Shown in pieces: positions 11,855 to 23,971 of a DNA stretch of 64,000 nucleotides; the stretch's first letter is position 1, and each line of letters starts with the position of its first letter. The DNA comes from Vitrella brassicaformis CCMP3155 (Eukaryota; Protista; Chromerida), in contig CDMY01000831.1 in assembly GCA_001179505.1 (NCBI GenBank), forward strand, positions 189,004 to 253,003, in the 5' to 3' direction. The position numbers and the translations under genes were made by a program. The notes below the pieces were generated by a model. That model did no database searches. It had not been told where the DNA came from and saw nothing but the letters and a program-made list of their open reading frames with translations.

Positions 11855-14084
11855 TCAACGAAACACCAACGAAACACCAAGATATAAAATGGAAGCAGCG
11901 ATGCTCGCGCTGATGTGCTGGTATCCGGCCAGCTGAGACGCCATCAATGCCGCCATGTCATGTGCAGCAGCGCCGGAAGAGGCTGCCTTGATAAACCGAC
12001 AGATCAGCCAGCCAGACAGACAGACAGACAGACAAACAGATGAGATGAACAAGGGTACACACTCATTGGCTCACCATTCGCCTAGCTCGCTGGAATTTCT
12101 GCACTGAAACGCCGCCTTGGGTCCGGTTGCTGCGTCGAATGCAACGATAAGGCTGATCGATGGACAACACACACAACGCATAACACACAACACACACCAC
12201 CACAACAGGCATCAATACACATGGAGAGGCACACGCCCCTATTCTCCCCACCTCTCCGTGCTTACTCCTCGTGCAGGCATTTGTTGAAGTCCATGGTATG
12301 CCCCAATCCCGTGTTGTCATGCCAGATGACCAGGGCGTTCGTGAGGTTCTTGAATCTTGGGCGGATCGCGACACGAGTGCTCGGGTACTCCAGCTGGATG
12401 GTCGTGGCCTTCCCGCATGGGACACACCCACAGCACTGCTCCCACAGCTGGACCTTGCCCTCGCTGACAACGACCTGGTGCCAGATGGGCCGTGCGGGCC
12501 AGTAGCAGCGGGTCTCTCGCTTCTTGAGCGCGCCCTTCCGGCTCACGCGCCGGATTGGCGGCATGGCTGGATGCGGAGTGGGGAGCTGCAGGCACAGCCA
12601 GACAAAGAGACAGCCAGATCAGAATATTCTCGATCCGTCGGCTTACCATTCGCCGAGCTGTGCGGAGTCCTTGCATTGAAATGCCGCTTTTGGTCCAGTC
12701 GCGGCGTCGAAGGCAACAATGATGCTGATGGACAGACGACACACGAAACACAACATACAACACACATCATCTTCCCCCCGCCTCCCTGTGCTTACTCCTC
12801 GTGGGTGCACTTGTTGAAGTCCACCGTATGCCCGAGCCCCGTATTGTCGTGCCACACGACGAGGGCGTTGACCACGTTCTTGAATCGGGGGCGAATGGCG
12901 ATGCAGATGGTGGGGTGTTGAGCTCGATGGTGGTCGCCTTGCCGCACCCGATGCACCCACAGCACTGCTCCCAATACTGCAGCTTCCCCTTCCCCAGGAC
13001 AACCGCCGTTGGAGATAGCGTCGGCAACCTCGTTCATCACCGCATCGTACCTTGACAAACCGCCAGACAGACAAAGAGACAGACAGACAGACAGACAGAT
13101 GAGATGAACAAAGGTACATATCAGGATATTGTCGATTCGTTGGCTCACCACTCGCCGAGCTCGGACGAAGTCTTGCACTCAAACGCGGCCTTAGGCCCCG
13201 TGGCCGCGTCGTCAACGAAACACCAAGATATAAAATGTAAGCAGCGATGCTCGCGCTTATGTGCTGGTATCCGGCCAGCTGAGACGCCATGTCAATGCGC
13301 TCCAGCGCCCGAAGAGCGTACCTTGATAACCCAACAGATCAGCCAGCCAGACAGACAGACAGATGAACAAGGGTACATATCAGAATATTGGCGATTCGTT
13401 GGCTCACCACTCGCCGAGCTCTGCCATGTTCTTGCACTCGAACGCCGCCTTCGGGCCAGTGGCGGCGTCGAACCCGTCTATGATCCTGACCAATCGATGA
13501 CATACCACACACAGAGAGAAATGAAACGATGCACCCATCCCCTTCCCCCACCTCCCCTTGCTCACGTCTCATGTGTGCATTTGTTGAAGTCGACGGTGTG
13601 TCCGAGCCCAGTATTGTCGTGCCAGATGACGAGGGCGTTGGTGAGGTTCTTGAAGCGGGTGGTGGGGTACTCCAGCTGGATGGTGGTGGCCTGATCAATT
13701 GATGACACACACAGCACACAACACATATCAGTACACATGGAGAGGCACTCATCCTCTCCTCCCTCCCGCACCTCCCCGTGCTCACGTTTCGTGGCTGCAC
13801 TTGTTGAAGTCGACAGTGTGCCCGAGCCCGGTGTTGTCGTGCCAGATCACGAGGGCGTTTGTGAGGTTCTTGTAACGCGGGCGGCAGGCGATGCGAATGG
13901 TGGGGTAGGTGAGCTCTATCGTCGTCGCCTTACCGCACGGCACGCACCCGCAGCATTCTTCCCAGAACTGGACCTTGCCCTCTCCTGCCGCGACGTGATG
14001 CCAGATGGGGCGCGAGTCCCAATACCGCCTCGTCTCTCGCTTCCGGAGCGACCCCCCCTTGTTAACGCGGCGGATGGGCGGCAT
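11855..14084 (-). pseudogene. Tandem array of whole and truncated PH-domain gene exons (paralog of 20937-22080)
   Basis: Four copies of the exon-1 end LV[IV]WHDNTGLGHT.DFNKC.HE (about 12270, 12800, 13570, 13790) and four of exon 2 .FDAATGPKAAF.C...ELGEW (about 12090, 12650, 13150 partial, 13410), with homologous introns. Several junctions are fused or out of frame. Confidence 0.75.
11944..12564 (-). CDS. Possibly intact short PH-domain-only gene, last unit of the array
   Basis: Exon 1 MPPIRRVSRKGALKKRE..CLHE with a GTAAGC donor; exon 2 DLIVAFDAATGPKAAFQCRNSSELGEW with a GTGAGC donor; exon 3 QPLPALLHMTWRH*. Confidence 0.45.
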
Positions 14085-14499
14085 GGTCTGTCTGCTGCGC
14101 GGGAGTGGTGGCGAGACGGCTGACGGGCGGACGGTGGCGCGGGGGAGGCAGGGATGCAAGAAGAAAGAGGGCTGAACGGAGTGACGGGGAGCGACGAGAG
14201 AGAGGGGGAGTGGCGGCAGGGAGCTGAAACAAACCCTTGAGCTGCGTCCTTGGGCCGAAGGGCAAGCTGCTGCTTGGCCGTTGGTGAGCTGGCTTGAGGG
14301 AGCAAAGGGAGGGCGCAAAGGGAGGGGCACGGGGAGGGGCCGGGCCGCGGGAGGCAGGGAAGAGGAAGGGAAGAGGAAGGGAAGAGGGTGGTGGTGGGAG
14401 TGGCGGCGGGAGGGATGTTGAAACCCTCGAGGCACGTGGGGATCACGGAGAATGCCACGCCTGCCCAAAGGGGAGGGAGGAGGGCGGGAGCGACGGAGG

Positions 14500-14756
14500 G
14501 ATGGAGCTGAAGGGACCCCGATGACGCGAGGCGGGCAGAGAGCCGGGAGGAGAGCTGGGGGGAGGCGGTAGCGACGAGAGGAGCGAGGACCGAGCGGGGT
14601 CGAGGAGGCTGGGAGCGTAGACCAGGGCGGGCACGTCTCTCTGCCGCCCACCTTCCAGATTGCCTTCAAGCTCACGAAGATGGACGGCGTCCTCGATGGA
14701 AGAAGAAGTGCTGCTGCGGTGGATGCGAACGGGCGAGAAAAGGCGAAGGGATGGGA

Positions 14757-14787
<31 letters not shown>

Positions 14788-15845
14788 CCCCCTCTCACAT
14801 GTGTGTTGGTGGCTGCTGGCGGTGGGCGGCGAGCCGACCGCGGAGTTGCTACTGCGGATTCTCGTGGACGAGGGCATCGTGCTTGGACACCTGCACGTAG
14901 GCAAGTCCAGCGCTTTGCTGTTCAATATCTCACACGCATCTGAGCCTGACACCCACACCCACACAGCACACTACATAGAACACTCTTCTCACCTTCAAAC
15001 TCGGAATGACTGCCGCCGAAGCGCCCAAGTATGCATAGACAAGCAAAGAAGACACGGAGGAGGCATGACTCATGAGCAAATCTGTGCGTTGTCCCTGTTT
15101 GTTCAAGCTCGCTTACGTACCTGTGCGGCCGCCGGGAAGGGAAGGCCGACACCGCTCCAGAAGCTGAAAACCAAGAAAGACAAAGAAGAGAGATGTCAAA
15201 AGTTCGTCACAAATTGAAAAGCCTTCAGCCGCGGCGACGCGAGGGAAGCGAATGACGACGTCGTCTGCTGAAAGAAAGCACGTAAGTACCATGAGCGTGT
15301 CTTCTCTTTGATAAGCTGCAAGACACAACGATGACTTACTTGATCAATCCACTAGATTAGTCTGTTTCTCCTTTCCTTCGCCTGACCAGGGACTCCCATG
15401 TCTGGAAGGCAGCAAATGAGGGCATTGACGTGTGCAGTGAACACCAGACTCAGTGAGGCACTCACACACCTTCCCAGAAATCTATCGAGAAGAAGAGACG
15501 GGAACAAAAAGAAGAAATCATCGTTCCACCTGGACACTGAGCAGAAGAGGCACATGAGCACATTGACGGCACATAGCGTGCATTTATCCCTGCACATTAT
15601 CCATACATCACACCATCACCACAGCCAGCAGATATGAGACACATGTGCCAACCTGATCGAGGCCTTCTCGACGAGAGAACAAAGGCGCGCCCACTCCGCT
15701 GATGCCAGGCGGTCGCCAGCCGTTCCACACAAGGCAGGGCACCACCAGGCGAGGCGCCTTGCTGGGGCACGGCGGTTGAGGAAAAAAGTGGCCGATGCAG
15801 TCGGACGAGGTGGGAGGGGTGGGAACGAGGCGAGGCGGACAACAT
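14500..15845 (-). CDS. Hypothetical multi-exon protein, possible mitochondrial transit peptide
   Basis: MLSASPRSHPSHLVRLHRPLFSSTA resembles a presequence, and intron-like (GT)n tracts follow. Exon phases could not be fixed and no domain was recognised. Confidence 0.25.
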
Positions 15846-16732
15846 CAGCCGAAAATCAGCCCAAAAGGACAAGAAACGGAAGATCTGTGGCTGAAACAAG
15901 GCTGGAAAACCAAACGCGGCAGGAAACTGCGAAGAAACTTTCAAAATCCGTAGAATCAGGGTTTGCGGGTTTCTCGCCGTCTCATCGCGAAAAACTCGCC
16001 GCGAGCGCATTTCGCCGGACAGCAACAGACAGAGAACGAAGGCAGAGGCAGAGAGCATAGCTGCTGCCGCAGACGGAGTCATTGCATTAAATCCTCTTCA
16101 CTTTCGGCGGGTCCGTGGTGGGGCAGTCACATACATACACACAAATTGCAGCGTTGAAAATGTCGTCTCCTCTCGTCGAGAAGTTCTTCCTTTTAGCCAC
16201 CCAGCCAGCCCTCCATCTGTCTGCGCCTGTGTCGGGCAATGCGAAGATGGCCAAACTGGCCCGACACCGGCGTGTCTGTCTCATTCCGATTGCCCTCCTC
16301 TGCACTGATCTGCGTCACCCTCGCAAACACGGCTTCTCTGTCAACGTGCAACGTCTGTGACGGCGGCTGCGATTGCGCTGCAGCCAGTGGTGACCACGTC
16401 GGAGTGCGTGATGGCCACAGCACAATAGAAGACGGTGAATTGCGAGACCTGGAAGACAAGTAGGGAGAATATGCGTGGTTTATGTCTGTGCAGCATTCAC
16501 TGACTGCACACCTGTCAGTTTGATCCGCCACGACAGTCCAATGAGCGTCTTGCTCTCGCCTTTGTCTTCGTCTGACCTTGAGCACGTGTTTGACAGCACG
16601 CGTGACGTCGCTGATCGGCGCGTCCTTTCCGTCACTGCACAAGCTGTTGGCAAAGTGCTCGAAAGAAGACAACTCTTTATCGGTCTGAAGAAACAGAGGT
16701 ATGTTGCCATACTCGGTTCTTTGCTGGCTTCG

Positions 16733-19700
16733 TCATTGTTCCACCTGCGTTTTGAGTTGATCAGCTAAGGGGCCCAACAGGCAGGCAGCCAACAAATCGG
16801 CAGTCTCCACCCACCACCACACCGCCACAGCCCACCGCGCCAACGCATCTCCATCAATACCCTCTGTGCTGATCCCACGCACTACCCCATCTGCATAGCT
16901 CAGCACTTGCGCCCACAGAGCACGCTCATCAGCAGAAGGGACAACGTCCAAAACGAAAAGCGCTTCCATCAGATGCATCACCCTCCTCAGCCACGAGAGC
17001 TGCCTGTCACCGTGCGGCCTGAGAGTCTCGTCACCCACCGAAGCTCCATACAGACCCAGCTGCCTGTGTATGTCGCTTGTTGGATCAGGCACAGCGTTGA
17101 CAGACTCGAAGTGGCCGACCTCAGGTAAGAGTGATGACGGACCGTCGCCGATTGGCACTTGCGAAGATGATGTGTCGGTCGGGGCACCTTCTTGCTGGTC
17201 AATGAGGACAGATGCTTGCTGCGCATAGTGTCTCAGCAAGGTCGCGGACGCCGTCCTGTGAACAGCGTAACAGCAAATAGCGAGTGTCATAGCTTCTTTT
17301 GCCTTCACGTCACTTCGTTTGTACCTGACGAATGTTTCATCCCGCCATTTCAGAGCAGCCAGCGCAGCCACCGACCGTTCCAAGTCCCCCAGCCAGCTCG
17401 CTACCACCTCTCCTCGCAAGAGCCTCACATGCCACCATTCTACCGCAGCCTTGACGAACTCGAAGGCATTCTCACATTTGGCTTCCGCCAATGCGGTGAG
17501 GATCAGCGTGACACCGTGGTGCGAGTTGAAGGGAGATGGCTGTTTGGCGAGAGGGAGCTGGCGGTGGGGACGCACATGTGTCGAGTCTTGCGTGAGGAGG
17601 GGGGCAAGGGCATTGCTTGTCGCCTGCCGACACACACACGGATCATCAACGTTCTTTTGCCCTTTTGCATCAGTGTGTCTACCTTAAAGAGCTGTGTATC
17701 GTCGAGGCCCGCCTCTGCGAGCGCGTTGAGCTGATAGGCCACACTCATGGCGGACTGCGGCGCAGCAACCCGACCCACAACACGGCCCTCGACCAGCCGA
17801 CCAAGAGAGGCCAGGAGTGGCTCGTGCTTGATCCGCAGGCGCCTCAGCAGCGACAGCGCTATGCAGATCTCCTCGCCTGAGAAACACCTGAAGGGGCCCA
17901 GCCATTTTTTGCATGCCTGAACCCCTCATTTGTCGGTGAAGTGACCTGATGTGTTTGTGGATGTGTGCGAGGAGAACGTTGAGTGCCAGCGGCGGCCGAT
18001 AGTCCAGGAGGCTGAAAGATAAGAGGGCGTTGAGCATGTCAGAACACGCCATCTCAGACACGCGACGAGGCAACACTGAAGGGGCCGACAACACGCACAC
18101 GCACACAGACACAGATACACAAGGCGTCACGAGAAGAGAGAAATCGCGCCCCCCCGTCCCTCACATTTGCTCATCTCGTCGAAAAGCCGATTGTGTCTAA
18201 GCTCCAGAAATGCGTAAGCGTACAACACAGTGGCGATGTCGCCGCCACCCAAGTGCTCCACGTGACTCAAAAGATACTCGCCAGCCACTCTGAGCTCAGA
18301 CACAAAAAGAACACACATAAGCTTCCTGCTTCTTCCCCCCGTTGTCTCACCTGAAGACTCTCGGTTCCCTCACAGCTGCCTGTGCGAAGGCCTTGAGGAC
18401 GACCGCCAGCCGTCTGGGCGGGAACTCACCCACCTGCATTACAGTCTGCCGCGTCAGGGCACGCCACGCCTCTCGCGAGCGGTATGAGAGCGCCGCGAAG
18501 CACTTGGCCACCGACGCGAGGTTGGTGGCGCTAAAGGGGACCGGACTTGACGAGTCGGTCAACAAACTGGAAAGAGAGGGAAAGATAGCATCAGTGTCTG
18601 CGTGTCTGTGTCTCTGCTCATCGTGTCAGTACCCAGCGATCATTTTGAGCAGTACAGTAGATCTCAGCTGCGCAGCTGTGAAGGCCTCACTGCCGTAGAC
18701 ACACACAGAGCACAGCCAGCAGTGAAGAAACGCATGGACCTGCGCCTTTCCGTGTTGCCACGTTTCACTCACCAGATGAGGCCGATGTCCTGTCCATTCA
18801 GTTGATGGATGTGGTCAGGAAGGCCCTCGGCCACTGCCTCCAGCAGAGGCACATTCACATACGACACACGAGCCCACGCACCAGCAACACCTGCAATAAC
18901 AGAGAAGGGATCCACGGGCATTCAGTGCAATTGTTCCACCCCACCCACCCACCTGCTAGCTGTCTGAATTCTATGGGTTTGGCGGGCCTGTTGATCCGCT
19001 CCATTCTCCTCCTCACAAGCCCCTCGTAACTCTCATGAGCGTCGTCATTCAGGCCATCGGCATCGCTCTCGCCCTCTGCCTCTGTGGCCTCATCCAGGCA
19101 GAAGGACGGAACCAACTCAGACGCTGCTGCTTGCTGGTTGTTTGGTGGGGCTGGGGGTGGTGTGGCGAGGGCGAGATGGTGGCGCTTGATGGCCTCCTCA
19201 GAGAGCATCTCCATCAAAGGCACGTCACTAACTGCAGCATGCAAGGAACGAAACGTAGTGCGTGAAGGGACGGCTGTTTGTGTCTGTGTGTGTGGGGGCT
19301 GACTATTGAGTTTGGCAATGGCCACGGCGAAGACATAAATGTCGACTCCATCGAGGCGGTCGCGAAGCTCAAAGGCGCGACGACTCAAGATCGACCAAAG
19401 ATGGGGATGACGCAACTGAAAATCAACTGATTGTCAATGAGAATCTATATGTGCGATTCTTCCTCACTCACCTGCAGTCTGAGTGCCTCATTGACAGCCT
19501 TGTTGAGCACAAAGTGGTTGGCCCGGTCAAGCCGCGTCTTCGACACCTGTGGCCACACGCGGCCACGTAACCCTGCACAAAAAGACACCACACACGACTA
19601 TCCATCCATTATCTTTTGCATTCATCGTCCGCCTACTCATCGGTGGCCCAGGCTCGGTCATGGGCAGCGGGTGAGGCGGCCTCTCCCCCCGCATCCACAC

Positions 19701-20117
19701 TGGCTGCCGACGCAGCGACACAGGGGGCGGGTAGAACGCAGTCAACGAGTCATCCCCAGAACCGCCATTGTCTGCCTCTGATGCTTGGAGGGCGGTGGAT
19801 AGGTCCGTGAGCTTCCACCTGGATATGCTGTGTCGGAGCTGGACTGATTTGCGCGAGGGGACGGGCCACGGGGCATGCAGAGAAGGCAGCGGGACAGTCG
19901 ATGACACCGGCGTCGGCTGATGATCTTGATGCAGAGCTGTGTCACTGCTTGGCTGATGAGCTGGAGCCTGCTGAGATGCCGGGACGGGCAGGAGACTCTC
20001 TGCTTGTGGCTCCGCTGCTGCTGATGCTGAGGTTGATAGATGCCGTCCAGAAAGCGATGGATTTCGGTGCTTGATGGACCCATTGACGGACAGGCGCACT
20101 GGAGAAGCTCTCCTCAT
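16733..20117 (-). CDS. Mitochondrion-targeted helical-repeat RNA-binding protein (HPR/OPR/FASTK-like)
   Basis: Presequence MRRASPVRLSVNGSIKHRNPSLSGRHLSTSAS; repeats such as LRHPHLWSILSRRAFELRDRLDGVDIYVFAVAIAKL, FSATNLASVAKCFAALSYRSREAWRAL, FPPRRLAVVLKAFAQAAVREPRVF, LGGGDIATVLYAYAFLELRHNRLF; final exon is the 16733-17635 ORF. Confidence 0.7.
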
Positions 20118-20936
20118 CCTTCCTTTCATCTCCCCAGGACCGATGAATGCGAGCTTGAAGACATACGGCGAGGGAAGGCGGACGTCTTCGACCTCTCCCT
20201 CCTCCCACAGATCCCTGCCTTTCCGCAGCCTCACTCGGCCTCTTGCTCGGCCTCCCCGTCACTTCCACCTCCATCCAGCGCTCGGCCCACACGCCGGGGC
20301 GAATCTCGGTCATCCCCTCGCTCTCTGCCTCCCTCCCCCCCTCACGGTCCCTTAGTGGTCCCTCGGCAGAGCCACGCCGAGCCCTCCGTCCGGCTTGAAC
20401 AGTGAGGCAGACCTCTTCCCCCTCTTCTCTCCTCACTCCCCCGCGCCCTCACAGAGCCACGGTGACCAACCCCGCGTCCGGCCTTCCGTCCGGCTTGTAG
20501 AGTGAGGCAGACGTCTTCCCCTCTCCCGCCACACCATCTCGTCGTCGCTTGGCGTCACTCCCACACCACCCTCTTCCTTGCCGCGGCCCCTCTTCCTGCT
20601 TCCCTGCCTTCCCTGGCCTTCCCTTCCCCGGCCTTCCCTTCTCGGCTCCGTCTCCCACCAGCCAGCGCTCTTCCGGCCCAACGCAACTCGAGGGTTTCAG
20701 CACACTCCCGCCACACACTCTCGCCACTGGGACGCCCCCCGGCCGCCTCCCTGCCCCTCTTCTAAGGCTCTCTGCTTGCGCGCCCTCTGGCCCCTTCCTT
20801 CCCTGCTGCTCGTGGCACCACCGTCCTCCCCCTCCCTCTCGTCCCTCCCGCCGTCCTCCCCGTGCCCTCCTCAGGATTCCTCCAGCCCTTCTAGGCTCCC
20901 TGCCTCTCTTTCTCCCGCCACTCGCGCTTCGAAGCC

Positions 20937-22080
20937 ATGCCGCCGATCCGCCGCGTGAACAAGAGGGGACCGATGCGTAAGCGGGAGACCAGGTGGTATT
21001 GGCCTTCTCGCCCGATTTGGCACATGGTCGAGCTGGGTGAGGGGAAGCTGCAGTTTTGGGAACAATGCTGCGGCTGCGTGCCGTGCGGGAAGGCCACCAC
21101 GATCGACCTCGTGTACCCGACGATCCGTGTCGCCGTCCGCCCGAGGTTCAAGAACTTGACGAACGCGTTGGTGGTGTGGCACGACAATACGGGGCTTGGA
21201 CACACCATCGATTTCCACAAGTGCAGCCACGAGACGTGAGCAAGGGGAGGTGGGGAAGAGGAAGGGGATGGGTGCATTGTTTCATTTCTCTCCACATGTG
21301 CTGTGTGGCATGTGCTGTGTGGCGTGTGTCATCGATCTATAGGATCATTGACGGGTTCGACGCGGCCACTGGCGCGAAGGCGGCGTTCGAATGCCACAGT
21401 TCGGCCGAGCTGGGCGTCTGGTACGTGAGGCGACCGATCGACCAAGTTCTGATGTGTACCATTGTTCATCTGTTTGTCTGTCTGTCTCTTTGTCCAGGTA
21501 TGACGCAGTGATGAACGAGGTTGCCAACGCCATCTGTACCAACGGCACGGCGGGCCAGCAGACTGGAGGGCAGCCCGCAGCCATGGAGGGCCCCATGCTC
21601 ACCTCGGCGCCAGCCAGCCAGCCCGCCACGCTTCCACCCACCACCACTGCCGTCGAGCCTGAGCCCGCTGCAGCAGCCGCCGAACTTCCCACTCACACGG
21701 CAGACACCGATCAAGCAGCACAGCAGCCGACGGTCCACCACGCCCTCTCCGAGGCCGACCACCCCGTGGAGGAGACGCCCTCCGTCGCAGACAGCGCGGC
21801 CAAGGCGGCATCGGTCATGGCTGGCGTGTACTTCCCGCACATCGTGGGGTTCCGCTCCATGGGCACCAGCGAGTCGTTCCAGAAGCGTGCGGGGTCGGTG
21901 ATCTACGGCCGCACGAGTGTGGAGAGCGACGAGCCGACGGCGGGGAAGGGCGGCAGTGGTGCGGCTGCCCCGGCTGCGGCGGCTGCTGCGGCTTCGAGCG
22001 GCTCTGCTGGTGCGGGGGAGGGGGAGGGAGAGGAAGGGGAGGCTGCGGGAGAGTGGACCGTGTGGGACGATGACCGTTAG
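20937..22080 (+). CDS. PH-domain protein with Cys cluster and low-complexity acidic tail (3 exons)
   Basis: PH-like start VNKRGPMRKRETRWYW..WHMVELGEGKLQFW; donor ac|gtgagc at about 21236; exon 2 IIDGFDAATGAKAAFECHSSAELGVW and exon 3 YDAVMNEVANAI give the typical PH C-terminal helix containing Trp; stop at 22080. Confidence 0.7.
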
Positions 22081-23465
22081 CTTAGACAGGGGTAATCAAT
22101 CGTGTGCACTCACGACAAGGGAGGGAGTCAGGAAAGGGTCTACCTGTTCGTCTGGTTGGTCTGCTGGGGTTTTTCCGTTTGTCCGCACCTCATTGCCTGT
22201 CGCTCCCTGTCCGGCTGGCCTGTCCTTGTCTATCTATCTCGCGAAGCGAACTGTCTGTGATTGGCTGTGCCGTTGTGTGAATACGGGAGGGGGGGGGAGA
22301 GAGAGAGGGAGGGAGGGAGGGAGAGAGCCGGCCCTGGCCGCCTGCACTGCAGGAAAGAGTGAATGACGGGCTGGCTGGCTGAGTGTTGTGTCGTGTCATG
22401 TGTGTGATCAGATGCATGGGGCGTGCAGGGGTTCTTTTTCGTAGGCCCTCTGATCGAATAGGATAGGCCGACCACACACACAGACGGAGGGAGGGGGGGG
22501 AGAAGAGAGGGAGGGGGACAGCGCGGGTGCGGGAGAGGGAGAAGAGGCTGCGGGAGAGTGGACCGTGTGGGACGATGTCGGTTAGCTTAGACAGGGATAA
22601 TCATAAGACAGGGATAATCAATAAATCGTGTGCACTCACGACAGGGGAGGGAGGGAGGGTGGGAGTCAGGCAGGAAAGGGTCTACCTGTTTGTCTGGTGT
22701 GTGCGCTGGGTTTTTCCGTTTGTCCGCACCTCCTTGGCCTGGCGCTGCCTGTCCGGCTGGCCTGTCCTTGTCTATCTATCTCGCGAAGCGAACTGTCTGT
22801 GGCTGGCTGGGTACGTGACATGCACCGTGCATGTCTGTTTTGTGTGAATACGGGAGGGGAGAGAGAGGGAGAGCTGGCCCTGTGCCGCCTGCACTGCAGG
22901 AGAGAGTCAATGGCTGACGGGCTGGCTGGCTGGCTGAGTGGTGTGTTGTTGTTGTGGCGTGTCGTATGTATGGTCAGATGCATGGGGCGTGCCGGGGTTC
23001 TTTTTCGTAGGCCCTCTGATCGAATAGGTCGACGACACACGCACAGAGGGGCAGAGGGAGGGGGGGGGAGGGCACCGACATGAGACGACACCACACGAGG
23101 TTGGCTCACACACACCACTCTATGGCTCTCACTAGCCCCTCTCGCATGCAGTCAGTGGATTGTGGATCTCCACAATCAGAAGGGAAGAGAGGAGATCAGG
23201 TGCTCCGGGCGAGTTTGGTTGTCTGGGTGGCTGGCTGAGTGGTGTGTTGTGGCGTGGCGTGAGTATGGTTGGATGGGGTGTGCGGGGGGGGTTCTTTTTC
23301 GTAAGCTCTGATCGAATTGAATAGGTCGTCCACTCACACACACAGAGGGGCAGAGAGAGAGAGAGAGAGAGAGGTGGCCCTGGCCGCCTGCACTGCAGGC
23401 GAGACTAACTGAGTGGCTGACTGGTTGGTTGGCTGAGCGGTGTGGCGTGTCGTGTGTATGCATGA
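22039..23465. repeat. Tandem duplication (about 505 bp period) of the PH gene's last codons and 3' region, plus further partial sub-units
   Basis: gaggctgcgggagagtggaccgtgtgggacgatg at 22039 and 22544; the blocks ctgcactgcagg and ttctttttcgta..ctctgatcgaat recur at about 22342/22432, 22888/23000 and 23290/23390. Confidence 0.85.
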
Positions 23466-23971
23466 AGTACTGCGGCATGGATGGCATGACCGCAATACGC
23501 ACGGACGTGGTATAGCCAGACCCCGAAGTGGGCTTTCAATCAATGCCTGCGTGTCCCTCTCGAGCAATCGATGTCATGTCCATGATCAATCAATCAAGTC
23601 GACGGAAAAACCACACGCCCGTGAAGTAATGAAAGGCCAACACATGCATATCCATCCATCCATCGATCTCTCCATCCATCACGATTGCTGCTGCTCCTGC
23701 TGTGCCTTGTGTTGCGCCGCGGCGACGATTTCCTGCAGCCCATCCTGGTAGGCATCCTTACCGTACGCAGCGTAACTGACATGCCATGGACAACACATAC
23801 ACACACACACACACACGCCGACAGACACACGGTGAGTCGCTCGACGATGGGTCGATGTATGTCAGCTTACATGGACCAGAATACGGGAGGACTCCGTTCA
23901 GCCAGCGACTCGAGAGACAGCAGCAGAGTGCCCTGCAGACAAAACAGACAGACAAACAGACAGACAGATAC

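Noticed and set aside
12262-12564. 100-aa Cys-rich 'peptide' ORFs (also 13782-14084 and 20937-21239) as a standalone toxin or metallothionein family
   Set aside because: Each ORF stop lies just inside a GT donor, and splicing extends the frame into a PH-type C-terminal helix.
16160-16768. Plus-strand gene convergent with the HPR-like gene
   Set aside because: Could not join the ORF pieces into one consistent frame and no motif was recognised.
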